From the NCBI GenBank assembly GCA_046290225.1, contig JBKAGE010000053.1:7834-71833 (forward strand): 64,000 bases of DNA. Reading direction: 5' to 3'. Under the pieces are notes generated by a model. It searched no databases and had not been told where the DNA came from. It saw only the letters and a program-made list of their open reading frames with translations. The DNA comes from Bradymonadia bacterium (GTDB lineage: Bacteria; Myxococcota_A; Bradymonadia; UBA7976; UBA1532). How positions within the stretch are numbered: position 1 is the stretch's first letter; every line of letters begins with the position of its first letter. Below, piece after piece: positions 40,386-50,862 of this stretch. Made by a program: the position numbers and the translations under genes.

Positions 40386-41900
40386 ATGCGATCCGACGAA
40401 TACACTGCCCACGACGCCCTCTCCCTCGCCGAGATCATTCGGCAGGGGCAGATCTCGCCCCGAGAAGCCCTCGACGCCTGCATCGATCAGATCGAGCGGT
40501 GGAACCCGAAGCTCAACGCTGTCGTCGACGATCTGCGAGCCCTCGGCGCCGAGATGGCCGGCGCTCTCTCCGAGAAGAGCGCGCCTTTCTATGGCGTGCC
40601 ACTTCTGCTCAAAGATCTCATGGCCTGCATCCATGGGCAGGTCACCACGAGCTCATGTGGATTGCTCACTGGTCACAGAGCCAGCAATGACACTGAACTC
40701 GTGGCGCGATATCGCCGCGGCGGCTTTGTGTTCGCAGGTCGAACCAACACCCCGGAGTTTGGGATCCTGGGCATCACCGAGCCCCGCCTGAGAGGTCCAG
40801 CCCGAAACCCGTGGCATCTCGACCGCAGCACCGGTGGCTCGAGCGGTGGATCAGGCGCCGCCGTCGCTGCAGGCCTTGTGCCCCTGGCCCATGGTGGAGA
40901 CGGCGGTGGCTCGATCCGGATCCCCGCCTCTGCCTGCGGGCTCTTCGGCCTCAAGCCTTCCCGAGGCCGAAACCCCCTGGGCCCCGACATCGGGGAGTCG
41001 TGGGGCGGCATCGTGCAGGAGCACGTGCTCACACGCACCGTGCGCGACGCCGCGGCGGCCCTCGATCTCACCGCAGGGGTTGCCCCAGGTGATCCATATG
41101 CCGCCCCTGCGCCAGAGCGGCCGTTCTTGAAAGAGGTTGGCGCTGATCCCGGCGTGTTGCGGGTGGCGTGGTCCACAGCGTCGCTCTTTGGACGGGAGAC
41201 ACATCCAGAATGTGCTCGGGCGGTGGAGCAAGCGGCCACGCTGCTCACAGAGCTGGGTCACGAGGTGGAGCAGGTCGACTTGCCTGTGGAGGCGGCGCCC
41301 TGGAGCCGCGCCTGGCTCACTCTGGTGGCGGCCTCTGTGGCCTTGGACGTGCAGCGAGCCGCGGCGCTGGCCGGCAAGAAGCCGCGGCCTGGGGACTTCG
41401 AAGCCCCCACATGGTTCATGGGGCAGCTCGGGCGCAAGCTGTCGGCGATGGATCTGGAGCACGCTCGGGGAGAGATGCATCGAGCGGCCCGCGTCATGGG
41501 CAGCTTCTTCGAGCGCTACGATGTCTTCGTGAACCCCACCATGGCGCACTTGCCCGTGACCATCGGCCACTTCGACCTCAAGTGGTTCGAGCGTGCAGGG
41601 CTGGCCTTGATCCGGGCGCTGCCTGCCCGGGCACTCATGGAGGCGGTGTTGAGCAACCTCGCCAGCGAAGGCCTCGAGATCACGCCCAACACGCAGATCT
41701 TCAACCTCACGGGTCAGCCGGCGATGTCGGTGCCGCTGCACGTGACCCCTGAGGGCTTGCCGGTGGGTGTGCAATGTGCTGCGCGGTATGGCGACGAGGC
41801 CACGCTCTTCCGGCTCGCTGGCCAGCTCGAGCAGGCGGCGCCATGGGTCGGGCGCTATTTCGAGCTGTGGCAGCGGAGCTCTGAAGAGGCCCCTGGCTGA
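40386..41900 (+). CDS. Amidase-signature family amidase.
   Basis: GGSSGGSGAAVAAGLVPLAHGGDGGGSIRIPASACGLFGLKPSRGR is the amidase signature with the Ser-cisSer-Lys triad. Confidence 0.85.
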   Translation: MRSDEYTAHDALSLAEIIRQGQISPREALDACIDQIERWNPKLNAVVDDLRALGAEMAGALSEKSAPFYGVPLLLKDLMACIHGQVTTSSCGLLTGHRASNDTELVARYRRGGFVFAGRTNTPEFGILGITEPRLRGPARNPWHLDRSTGGSSGGSGAAVAAGLVPLAHGGDGGGSIRIPASACGLFGLKPSRGRNPLGPDIGESWGGIVQEHVLTRTVRDAAAALDLTAGVAPGDPYAAPAPERPFLKEVGADPGVLRVAWSTASLFGRETHPECARAVEQAATLLTELGHEVEQVDLPVEAAPWSRAWLTLVAASVALDVQRAAALAGKKPRPGDFEAPTWFMGQLGRKLSAMDLEHARGEMHRAARVMGSFFERYDVFVNPTMAHLPVTIGHFDLKWFERAGLALIRALPARALMEAVLSNLASEGLEITPNTQIFNLTGQPAMSVPLHVTPEGLPVGVQCAARYGDEATLFRLAGQLEQAAPWVGRYFELWQRSSEEAPG

Positions 41901-42030
41901 GCCATCAGCCATCCCATGGGTCATCACACCCCAGCGATGACTGCTTTACCTGACTTTTTCATGGGTCTTTACATGGCACTTTTCGTGCTATGAACACACC
42001 CCAGTCTCGATCTCCAGTCAGGAGCCTCTC

Positions 42031-43752
42031 ATGCGTCGGTTCTCTATCATCACCCTCGCTGCCTGTAGTTTGACCGCTTGTGGTGACGCTGACACCACGA
42101 CTGAGGCGCCTGCAGAAGAGGCACCGGCCAAGGCCGACTTCGTGCCTGAGGTCTCGGGGAAGACCGACTCGGTGTTCCAGCTGACTGAGGCAGGTCGCCT
42201 CGTGCCCGGCGGCACCCTCGAGGGCACCCTCGAAGGGTACAACCTGCCTGTGGTGCGGGTGCTCAGCCATGGCAACACCGTGCTCGACATTCAGCTCGAG
42301 GCCCTCGAGGCCGACACCCTCGACACGTTCCTCCGCGTCGAAGGCCCCCTCGGCGGTGAAGAAGAGCCCAAGGTGGTGGCCTACAACGACGACCTCCACA
42401 GCGAGACCTACGACAGCGGCTTGCAGGTGAAGCTCGAGGCCCCAGGGGCCTACCGGGTGGTGGTGGGCTCCTTCGGCGCCCTGGCGCTGAACACGCCCGA
42501 GACTGGAGACTGGAAGTTGACTGTGCAGTGTGAGTCAGGCTGCGAGATGCCCCAGATGACCATCGAAGAGGTCCTGGCAGATCTCCGGCAGAAGGTGGGG
42601 GAGCAGACGCTGAAGGTGATGCTCGAAGATGGTGCCGAGCGCTGGTTCGAAGATGAGGCCCTCGCCGCTGTGGTGAAGTCTCAGATCGACCCGCTCCTCG
42701 CTGGGGAGCTCACCGACGAGGCGGGCACCACCATCTTCCCCATGGTGCCCCTCGCCGCCGGTGGTGTGCTGCAGGGTCTCTTCGAGCCCCAGGAGACCCC
42801 CGCAGAGATCCCCGGGCCCCGCACCTTCGATCTCGAAGAGCTCAAGGCCGCTGATTGCGTCGTCGAGCGTCCGAGCCTGGCCTCGGCCTCGCCGGTGGTG
42901 CCTGCCCTGAAGCGCGGCGCCATGGACGATCCCACTTGGTCCGACTGCGCGCTCCATCGGGCCCAGGCCTTCGCCGACGTGCTCAACAACCTCGCCCTCG
43001 ACAACGGCTCGAAGGTGGTCGCCGGCGATGCCACCTACGCCACGATCGGCGAGGTCTTCGACGCCCTCGTGGCCAGTGGTCACACCATCGTCGCCGAGAA
43101 CAACCGCTACATCGCCAACTTCCTCGGCTTCTACTACGAGAAAGAGGGCGTGAACCACACCGTGGTGGCCCCAGTCTGGATCGACACGGGCCTGCAGTGG
43201 CCCGACGACGCCAATGTGGTGATCCCTGCCCCCCACAGCCACTACACCTTCCGGGTCGATGGTCCCCTGGTCACCGCCACCATCGAGTTCTACATGGGCA
43301 CCAACGGTGGCACCCGCTTCCGCGCTGCGGCCACCCTCGATCCGGTCTGGGTCGGGGAGCGTACCCACTACAGCTACACCAGCAAGGGCGAGCCCGAGGT
43401 GGTCCGCGCGCTCATGCAGACTGCCGGGGCGCTGCGCCAGAAGTGGACCAAGGCCGCCGAGAACCTGTCTTCTGAGGGCTACGCCCAGCTCGGTGTGTGC
43501 AATGACTCCACCGCGGTGTTGGAGTACGCCACCGAGGGCACCGTGTCTCTGTTCCCCCTGGCGCAGCCCGGTGTGACTGAGGCGCAGGATGCCATCGACG
43601 AGTGGCTCAAGGCTCTGCCCAGCGATTTGGGCCTGACCCTCAGTGACGACGCGCTCTCCCGCGTGATCGCCTCCTGGTCCTTCGAGCCCGGCGAGGCCAA
43701 CCCCTTCCCCGCCCTGAGCGAGCGCATGAGCGTCCCCACCGCCGCCCCCTGA
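42031..43752 (+). CDS. Hypothetical lipoprotein.
   Basis: Lipobox IITLAACSLTACG. 573 aa, no motif recognised. Confidence 0.5.
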   Translation: MRRFSIITLAACSLTACGDADTTTEAPAEEAPAKADFVPEVSGKTDSVFQLTEAGRLVPGGTLEGTLEGYNLPVVRVLSHGNTVLDIQLEALEADTLDTFLRVEGPLGGEEEPKVVAYNDDLHSETYDSGLQVKLEAPGAYRVVVGSFGALALNTPETGDWKLTVQCESGCEMPQMTIEEVLADLRQKVGEQTLKVMLEDGAERWFEDEALAAVVKSQIDPLLAGELTDEAGTTIFPMVPLAAGGVLQGLFEPQETPAEIPGPRTFDLEELKAADCVVERPSLASASPVVPALKRGAMDDPTWSDCALHRAQAFADVLNNLALDNGSKVVAGDATYATIGEVFDALVASGHTIVAENNRYIANFLGFYYEKEGVNHTVVAPVWIDTGLQWPDDANVVIPAPHSHYTFRVDGPLVTATIEFYMGTNGGTRFRAAATLDPVWVGERTHYSYTSKGEPEVVRALMQTAGALRQKWTKAAENLSSEGYAQLGVCNDSTAVLEYATEGTVSLFPLAQPGVTEAQDAIDEWLKALPSDLGLTLSDDALSRVIASWSFEPGEANPFPALSERMSVPTAAP

Positions 43753-43756
43753 GGCT

Positions 43757-44476
43757 TCACCACGGGTGCTCGCTGCCGTCCCATTGCAGGAACTTGCCCG
43801 AGTCGTCGAGATCCAAACCCATGAGGGTGTCGAGCATGCCCGACACCGACTCTTCTGCTGACAACTTCGCCCTCTCACCTCCCATGTCGGTGCGGACCCA
43901 ACCCGGGTTGAAGTTCACCGAGATCACCCCCCGGACCTTCAGATCGTTCGCCAGGGCTTTGTTCATCATGTTGAGCCCCGATTTGCTGGCGCAGTAGCCA
44001 TAGTTGCCCCCGCTGGTCTTGATGCTCACTGAGCCAAGCCAGGATGACACGTTGAGCACGCGCGTGCCCTCTCGCAGCTGAGGCAACAGCGCCTGTACCC
44101 AGAGCACGGGGCCAATGGTGTTGATGGTGAACTGCTGCAGCAAGCTGCCTTGGGTCAACTCACCAAGGCGCAACGAGGTGGCGGCTTCGAAGCCAGGGTT
44201 GCTCTTCGAGTTCACCCCGGCGTTGTTGACGATCACGTCGACGTGGCCGTGTGCTTCGGCGATGGCCGCTGCCGCTCGGGTCATCGAGTCGGGGCTGGAG
44301 ACGTCGAGGGCTTGGAGAGAGGCCTGCCCTGCCTCGGCGAGGGTGGTAAGGGCGTCGTATTTCTCGGGGCGTCGAGCACACGCGACGACATGAAAGCCCC
44401 GGGCGACGAGCTGTCGGGTGAATTCGAGGCCGATGCCTCGCCCGGCGCCGGTGACGATTGCGATCTGGTCGGACAT
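43757..44476 (-). CDS. Short-chain dehydrogenase/reductase (SDR) family oxidoreductase.
   Basis: IAIVTGAGRGIG Rossmann motif. YCASK catalytic Tyr-x3-Lys. Confidence 0.85.
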   Translation of the reverse strand: MSDQIAIVTGAGRGIGLEFTRQLVARGFHVVACARRPEKYDALTTLAEAGQASLQALDVSSPDSMTRAAAAIAEAHGHVDVIVNNAGVNSKSNPGFEAATSLRLGELTQGSLLQQFTINTIGPVLWVQALLPQLREGTRVLNVSSWLGSVSIKTSGGNYGYCASKSGLNMMNKALANDLKVRGVISVNFNPGWVRTDMGGERAKLSAEESVSGMLDTLMGLDLDDSGKFLQWDGSEHPW

Positions 44477-44587
44477 GGGTACCTCAGGGTGAGGGTGAAT
44501 GGATCATCGCCCTTCCGTGGATACCCCCACGCGCGGCGATTGAAAACCGCAGGCACGTGCAATGAGTCTTTCACTTTGATGCAGTCA

Positions 44588-45334
44588 TCAAAGTGGCCGC
44601 CTGCAGAGGAAGATCTCCTCGCTGTAGCAGCCCTCTGGCTCGATCTCTTCGAGCGCGCGCTTCATGACCTGCACCTCGAATCCCACCGAGGACAGCACCT
44701 CGATCCAGGTCTCTTTCGAGAACAGGCCCTCCACGTGCTCGTCATGTACGATTCGCATCGAGTCGCCTTCGCGGAGCATGAAGACATAGTTCACTGTGTA
44801 GGTGGTGTCTGTCGGGTCTGGATCCCACACCCACTCGCTCATCATGAGGGCCCGATTGCCCTCTGACACGGGCTCGGTCATGTCGGCACACTCAGAGAAG
44901 CTCTCTCTCAAACAGTCCGGAGCAAAGAGCGCCGCGCCGCCAGGTCGCGTGTGCATAAAAGCGGTCTCTGCCATGGCGCGGAGATCTGCTTCTGAGGTCA
45001 TGTAAACCACAGCGTCGTGGACGAGCACTGTGTCGAACTGCGTATCGAGCCTCAGAGTGCGCATGTCACCCACGTGGTGGCTGCACTCGGGGTTCTGGGT
45101 TTCGCTCAGCCCCAGCATCTCTGGGGAGAGATCGGTGGCGGTGCATTGGAACATCTGTTTGAGATGAAAGATGTTGTTGCCGGCGCCAGCGCCCAGCTCC
45201 AGTAAAGTGCGGGCCTCGAAGGCTGCGGCCTGTTTCAGAGCAGAGGCATAGAGGGCAGCCTCCTCTGCGTGATCGGCCACAGGGTCGATCAGGTGATACC
45301 AGTCGATCAGCTCACCATAGAGTGCGTGTGTCAT
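44588..45334 (-). CDS. Class I SAM-dependent methyltransferase.
   Basis: LLELGAGAGNN is SAM-binding motif I. 248 aa. Confidence 0.75.
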   Translation of the reverse strand: MTHALYGELIDWYHLIDPVADHAEEAALYASALKQAAAFEARTLLELGAGAGNNIFHLKQMFQCTATDLSPEMLGLSETQNPECSHHVGDMRTLRLDTQFDTVLVHDAVVYMTSEADLRAMAETAFMHTRPGGAALFAPDCLRESFSECADMTEPVSEGNRALMMSEWVWDPDPTDTTYTVNYVFMLREGDSMRIVHDEHVEGLFSKETWIEVLSSVGFEVQVMKRALEEIEPEGCYSEEIFLCRRPL

Positions 45335-45340
45335 AGAGCC

Positions 45341-48300
45341 TCAATCGCAGGGGTTCGCCGCCCCCGGTGAGATCGCCTCGAGCAGGCGGAAGTCTGCAGA
45401 GTTCTCGTTCGTGTCCACGCCATTCGGGCAGCGTGCCAGCGCGCCCTCGCCTGTGTCGGCCTCCTCGGGTGACATGCCTTCACCAGACTCAGGCAGAGCG
45501 CCCTCGTAGGCCAGGGCGTCGAGCACGTCGCCGTCCACCACGATGCGCACCCCATCAGGGGCGCCGTTCTGAATGCTGCGGCCCAGATCGAGGGCCATGG
45601 CACCGTCGGGTAGATCAGCGATGGCCGCACCGTTGCCCACCACCAGGAACTGCCCCGGGCTCAGGCTGCCTGCGGTGTCGAGCGGAATCGAGCCGTAGGG
45701 CTCGCCGTCATTGCCGTTCACCAGCTCCAGCACATGGCCTGCCAGCGGCACCGCCTCGGCGCCAGCGTTGTAGATCTCCACGAACTCGGCCTCGTCGGCG
45801 CCAGGGTTGTCGTAGTCGATCTCGTTGATCACCAGCCCCCCACCAGCGCTCTCCACAACCTCTACGGTGGCCTGTGACGACAAAATGCCCAACGTGGCCA
45901 CCAGACGCCCGTTACCGGGCTGGGCCGGCGCCTGCAGCGTAAAGGCCCCTCGAGACGCGCCGGGCTCGATGGTCACGGTCGCCGGCACCGAGCCGATGTC
46001 CGTCTGCAGCCGGACCTCGAAGCCATCGGGTCCTGCAGGCACATCGGCCTCTACCGTCAGGGCCCCCTGACCACCAGCAGGGACCTCGAGGGTTCGGGGC
46101 AGCACCGTCAGGCGGTCTGGCCCTTCGTCTACGCCGAGCACCCGGACTGTAGCCGAGGACATGCCCTGACCGGGAATGCTCGCCGTCACCGTCACCATGC
46201 GGCTCGCGCTCAAACCCTCTGCGGTGATCGCCGCAGTCCGCTCTCCCGCAGGCACCATCACCTGACGGCCTGTGAGCAGGGCCTGGCCGTCGCTCACTTG
46301 CAGATCGACCAGCTGTCCGCCGTCGCCGGCGGGTGACGTCAGCACCACCTCGAGGGCGCGGCCCTCGGTGTCGGTCGGTATGGCGGACTCGCCCACGCGG
46401 ATGAAGGTGAGGGCCGGACGCACCGAGGTCACCGCGGGGGCGCCCTGATCGAGATCTTGTGGCCCGGTGGGTTCGAGCTTGTAGGCGTCGTTGGCGAAGC
46501 GCATCACCCCGGTGATGCCTTCGAAGCGCGCGCCGATGTTGGGCAACGGGTCGAGTAGGAACAGGTAGTCGTCCACAGGCAGCACGTTGTCCACCTGGAA
46601 CTCGTTGGTGGGATCCCGATCTCCAGGTCCAGGGGGCAGGTTGGTGGCCGTGACCACCACATCGGCCACCCTGACGCGGACCCCTTCGAGGGTCTGGGCG
46701 CGACCGCCGCCCACGGCCACCTGGGCCGGAGAGACCTCCACAGCGGCCGGCAGCTCGCCGCGGCCTTCCACCTGCACCCCGCTCACACGGGAGATCTGCT
46801 TCTGCCCGAAGAACTCGGAGTGGATGCCATCCACCACCACGGCATCGCCGGCGGAGGGGGTTGGCACCCCATCTTCAGCGTTGCCGGTGTAGACGAAGAT
46901 GCCCGAGTCGTCGGGGCCGCTGTATACGCCGGCGCTCTCGGGCACCTGCAGATAGAAGCCCTGGTCGTCGGGTACCACGCCCGTCACCACACCCGTGGCT
47001 CGCACCGGGATCTCCTGATCCACGGGCACCTCGCCCCGCTTCATCGCGTAGATCGTCACCGGGCAGCCAGCGCCGTTGGCGTTGGGTGAGTTCGGGCAGA
47101 AGTCACACGGATCGCCGATGCCGTCGTTGTCGCTGTCCGTCTGGCTGGGGTTGGCCCGAGCAGGGCAGTTGTCCTGGGCGTTGGGCACATCGTCGCCGTC
47201 GAGATCGTCTGGTGAGGGGCGCTCACAGGGGCAGTCGCGGCCCGCCCAGGGGCACGGATCACACGGATCACCCTTGCCGTCGTTGTCGAGATCGGCCTGG
47301 GTGGGGTTGAAGACGTTGGGGCAGTTGTCGGCGTCACCGACCAGATCGTCGCCATCGGGATCTTGTGCGGTGATCTGGCCACTCACTGTGTCGTTCCCCA
47401 GGGTGCAGTCGTACACCGGGGCGCACTCGAAGAGGGGAAACACGTTGTAGGCGTATGCGAACTCGCCGCCGGACCCGGGCTTGGCGCTCACCTCGCGCTC
47501 GAGGTAGTCGATGTGCTCCTGATAGGTGAAGCGCTGCCAGTCCTCGTCGCTGCTGGTGTCGGCCTGGCCTTCGGCCTGTTTCACGCAGATGCGCTTGGCG
47601 CCGCCACAGACCTGCACATCTTCACAGAAAGCGTTGAAGGCGATGTTGTCGGTGACCACGTCGGCGTCACCGTAGTAGGCCACGCCATCGATGAAGACCC
47701 CCCGCACATCGGCGGATTCGGCGGCCACCACGCTCTCGTAGGGTCGGGTGCGATCACCATTGAGCAACAGTACGTCGGCATAGAGCCCCGGCTGCAGGCG
47801 GCCGATCAGGTCGGTGAGGCCCATGCTGTCGGCGGCCATGCTGGTGACCATCTGCACCATCTGCTGAGCATTGATGGCGCCTCCGAAGTGGGTCTGGTTC
47901 ACCTCGTCGGCGCACTTGAGCTCCGCGAGCTGGTTCATGGTGCCCGAGGGGGTCCAGTCAGGGCCCATCGACACCGTGAGGCCCATGTTCAGGGCGGTGA
48001 CCACGTCAGTGGTGGTGCCGTAGAGGCCCACGTTCGACTGCGGGGACCACACCAGCTTGGTCTGATTCACCAGCATCTGGGTCATCTGGCCACCGTCGCA
48101 GCTCACACAGTGGATGATGGCGGTCTTCTCACCGAGCTGGCCGCTCTGTACGAACTCGTCGAACTCGTTGTAGGCGGTGCGATCGTAGCCTTCGCTCACG
48201 TGCGCCATGTAGGCGCGGCCGGGGATCTGATCCCCACGGCCATAGTCGGGGGCGTCGCGGCAGCTGGATCGCAGAGGGAACACACACTCGGTGAAGTCGT

Positions 48301-49075
48301 CGTTGCTGTAGCCGAGATCGTTGGCGTCGGGCCCGCGGTCGAGGTTGCGCACGTGAGCCCAGGAGGCGTTCGAGCCCTCTGACTTGTGCACCGCCGTGGT
48401 GCCCGCCATGAGCAGGCGCAGCTCGTTGTACCGGGCTGAGATCTTGTCGCCATTGTCAGGCCGGGCGTCGTAGAGGGCCTCGGCGACGTCGCGGTTCCAC
48501 TGCCCTCGGTTGCTGTAGAGCCGCCCCATGGCGTCGAAGGGGGGCAGCGTGTTGTAGCTCATGTGGTTGTGGGGATCGATCATACCCGGGGTGATCAGAT
48601 CTGCGCAGATCACCGTGGCCTGGGCCGCCATCGGATCACCAGAGCAGTCGGCCCCGACGCAGGTGATCTGGCGACTGCCCCGATCGAAGAGGACCTGCCC
48701 GTTGCACAGCACCTCGTCGGGCGTGATCACCGTGCCCTGTACGAGGGTGGCGCCGTTGGTCCCTTGTCGTGGGGTGCACGCTGCGAACTGAACCCCCTCG
48801 CAGTGAGGGATCGGATCGGGCTCGGGGCACATGTCACCGCCACCCTGACCACCCACACCGCCCTGGCCACCCTCACCGGCGTTGCCGCCCTGGCCGCCGA
48901 AGTTGCCGATGTTGCCCGTGCCACCCTGGCCGCCGGTGATGCCACCCTGGCCACCTCGACCACCCTGGCCGGCGCTGCCGCCCTGACCGCCCTGTCTATT
49001 TTCGACCGGATCGTCTTTGGCGCAGCCGTACGTGATCAGCGCGAGGAGAATCGTAGAGAAGAGAGCCTGACGCAT
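45341..49075 (-). CDS. Large secreted lipoprotein: Gly-rich GGQGG repeats, amidohydrolase-family domain, thrombospondin type-3 Ca-binding repeats, Ig-like region and C-terminal lamin-tail domain (LTD).
   Basis: Likely start MRQALFSTILLALITYGC at 49075 with GAGGTG upstream; the ORF extends to 49225. PHNHMSY metal-hydrolase motif. TSP3-like DNCPNVFNPTQADLDNDGKGDPCDPC and DNCPARANPSQTDSDNDGIGDPCDFC. LTD motif LVINEIDYDNPGADEAEFVEIYN. Confidence 0.7.
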   Translation of the reverse strand: MRQALFSTILLALITYGCAKDDPVENRQGGQGGSAGQGGRGGQGGITGGQGGTGNIGNFGGQGGNAGEGGQGGVGGQGGGDMCPEPDPIPHCEGVQFAACTPRQGTNGATLVQGTVITPDEVLCNGQVLFDRGSRQITCVGADCSGDPMAAQATVICADLITPGMIDPHNHMSYNTLPPFDAMGRLYSNRGQWNRDVAEALYDARPDNGDKISARYNELRLLMAGTTAVHKSEGSNASWAHVRNLDRGPDANDLGYSNDDFTECVFPLRSSCRDAPDYGRGDQIPGRAYMAHVSEGYDRTAYNEFDEFVQSGQLGEKTAIIHCVSCDGGQMTQMLVNQTKLVWSPQSNVGLYGTTTDVVTALNMGLTVSMGPDWTPSGTMNQLAELKCADEVNQTHFGGAINAQQMVQMVTSMAADSMGLTDLIGRLQPGLYADVLLLNGDRTRPYESVVAAESADVRGVFIDGVAYYGDADVVTDNIAFNAFCEDVQVCGGAKRICVKQAEGQADTSSDEDWQRFTYQEHIDYLEREVSAKPGSGGEFAYAYNVFPLFECAPVYDCTLGNDTVSGQITAQDPDGDDLVGDADNCPNVFNPTQADLDNDGKGDPCDPCPWAGRDCPCERPSPDDLDGDDVPNAQDNCPARANPSQTDSDNDGIGDPCDFCPNSPNANGAGCPVTIYAMKRGEVPVDQEIPVRATGVVTGVVPDDQGFYLQVPESAGVYSGPDDSGIFVYTGNAEDGVPTPSAGDAVVVDGIHSEFFGQKQISRVSGVQVEGRGELPAAVEVSPAQVAVGGGRAQTLEGVRVRVADVVVTATNLPPGPGDRDPTNEFQVDNVLPVDDYLFLLDPLPNIGARFEGITGVMRFANDAYKLEPTGPQDLDQGAPAVTSVRPALTFIRVGESAIPTDTEGRALEVVLTSPAGDGGQLVDLQVSDGQALLTGRQVMVPAGERTAAITAEGLSASRMVTVTASIPGQGMSSATVRVLGVDEGPDRLTVLPRTLEVPAGGQGALTVEADVPAGPDGFEVRLQTDIGSVPATVTIEPGASRGAFTLQAPAQPGNGRLVATLGILSSQATVEVVESAGGGLVINEIDYDNPGADEAEFVEIYNAGAEAVPLAGHVLELVNGNDGEPYGSIPLDTAGSLSPGQFLVVGNGAAIADLPDGAMALDLGRSIQNGAPDGVRIVVDGDVLDALAYEGALPESGEGMSPEEADTGEGALARCPNGVDTNENSADFRLLEAISPGAANPCD

Positions 49076-49223
49076 GGTCCACCTCGAGTCGGGAACGCGT
49101 GACGGTAGCACAGAGCGTAAGTTGAAGTGCGACAGGTCGGTGAAATGCGCTGTCGATTTTGGCGCGGCCTTTGCTGGGACTCCCACGCAATACGGAACAC
49201 CCCCGATTTTGCCCGGAGCCACC

Positions 49224-50402
49224 ATGTTCAGCCGTCAGATTTTCAGGAACGCCCCCCAGATTTTCACCTTGCCCGCCATGCTCGCGGCGCTGCCTGCGTT
49301 GATGCCCAGTCAGGCCGAGGCGTGCTCGCCCCCACTCCCTGGGCTCACCGGCAGCATCCCCGAGAGCGGTGACGTGCTGTACGCAAACTCTGCCATCGTG
49401 CTGCAGGGTCACGACATCACGCTCGACGATCTCAATGTTCTGGTCGACGGCGAGCCCGCAGAGATCGTCGAGACCGAAGAAGACTACCCCGGGCTTTCAT
49501 TCCGCATCTCGCCCGAGCCGATGCCGAACAGCACAGTGACCGTCTTCGGCAACGCCTGTCACCCTGAGGCGCGAGAGTGGTCTGAAGAGAGCTGCGGCGA
49601 TGTAGAGCTGACGTTTCTCACGCTCGAAGCCGACGAGGTGGTCCCGAGCCCCGTGGTCGACCTGAGCTTCAGCATCTACGACCACCCCAACTTCGAGGTG
49701 CCCCCTGGGGCATGTTTCGCCGGGGGCGACTACACCACGTACGTCAACGCCACCTTCGACCTTCCCCCTGGTGAAGAAGGCGCCCCCATCTTCGTGAATC
49801 TCTACCGCAAGATCGACGGCGAGGATTGGCGCCCATGGCGTCGCCGACGCATCTCGGGCAACACATACGAGGCCGAGATCTATCTCTGGGAGGGTGGCCG
49901 TGATCCGGCGAGCATCCCCGGCGGAGAGTGCTGGCGAATGCAACTCGTCGACGCTGCGGGCAATGTCGGCGAAGCCGCCGAGACCTGCGCGCCGTGTTTT
50001 GTGCGCGTCGAGCCTGGCGAAGACGTCGAGTACGAGATCGGTGATTACCCTGAGCAGCCCGAGTGGTCGGCAGACGATCTCTTCCCAGGTGGCGTATGTG
50101 GTGTCGACGACCAAATCATCGATGACGACATCGATGATGATGCAGACGAAGACATCGATGAAGACACTGATGAAGACACCGATGAGAACATTGACGAAGA
50201 CAATCCCGTGGACGAGGGCATGGACGATGTTGACGAGTCAGGGGGCGCACGTGGTGGCGAGGGGCAGCAAAACAGCGCCGGTGGTGACGAGATCGGCGAG
50301 CGCACGCGGAGCAGTGGTGGGTGCAGCTCTGGCGGCGGTGCTCCAGCAAGCGGCATTGTGTGTTTGATCTTCGCCCTCATCGGGCTTCGGCGGATGCGCT
50401 GA
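49224..50402 (+). CDS. Secreted protein with an acidic DxD-rich linker and a MYXO-CTERM sorting tag.
   Basis: Signal MFSRQIFRNAPQIFTLPAMLAALPALMPSQAEA. DDDIDDDADEDIDEDTDEDTDENIDED. The C-terminus SGGCSSGGGAPASGIVCLIFALIGLRRMR (GC, then TM, then RR) matches MYXO-CTERM. Confidence 0.7.
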   Translation: MFSRQIFRNAPQIFTLPAMLAALPALMPSQAEACSPPLPGLTGSIPESGDVLYANSAIVLQGHDITLDDLNVLVDGEPAEIVETEEDYPGLSFRISPEPMPNSTVTVFGNACHPEAREWSEESCGDVELTFLTLEADEVVPSPVVDLSFSIYDHPNFEVPPGACFAGGDYTTYVNATFDLPPGEEGAPIFVNLYRKIDGEDWRPWRRRRISGNTYEAEIYLWEGGRDPASIPGGECWRMQLVDAAGNVGEAAETCAPCFVRVEPGEDVEYEIGDYPEQPEWSADDLFPGGVCGVDDQIIDDDIDDDADEDIDEDTDEDTDENIDEDNPVDEGMDDVDESGGARGGEGQQNSAGGDEIGERTRSSGGCSSGGGAPASGIVCLIFALIGLRRMR

Positions 50403-50427
50403 AGGCCCCTGGCATCACCAGGGCCGT

Positions 50428-50862
50428 TCAGGCTGAGGCGGGGCTGACCACCAGCTCGAGGTATTGCTTGATCATCTCTGCCATCTGCTCGAACTGGGCG
50501 AAGCGCTGAGATTTGACGATGTACCCTGCCACCTGACGGGCATAGGCCTGCCGAATATCGACCACATCTGTCGAGGTGGTCATGAAGAACACCACCAGAT
50601 GGCTCAGCTGTGGATCGTTGCGGATCGCCTCGAGGCACTCGTGACCATTCATGCGGGGCATGTTGATGTCCATGAGCACCACATTGGGCAGCGGGATCGC
50701 TGCGTGGCCCTCCTCGCCCTTCAACATGCTCAGGGCTTCTCGCCCGTCTTTGGCGAGGTGGGTGGTGTATTCCGTGAGCCCGGCGCGCTTGAAGGCGCGC
50801 TGGAGCGCGATCACGTCGAGCTCGTCGTCTTCGACCACCAATATGGAAGGCTGCACGATCAT
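50428..50862 (-). CDS. Single-domain response regulator (CheY-like receiver).
   Basis: ILVVEDDELD..VLMDINMPRMNG..FFMT has the receiver Asp, Asp and Thr. ATGA overlap with the histidine kinase stop. Confidence 0.8.
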   Translation of the reverse strand: MIVQPSILVVEDDELDVIALQRAFKRAGLTEYTTHLAKDGREALSMLKGEEGHAAIPLPNVVLMDINMPRMNGHECLEAIRNDPQLSHLVVFFMTTSTDVVDIRQAYARQVAGYIVKSQRFAQFEQMAEMIKQYLELVVSPASA

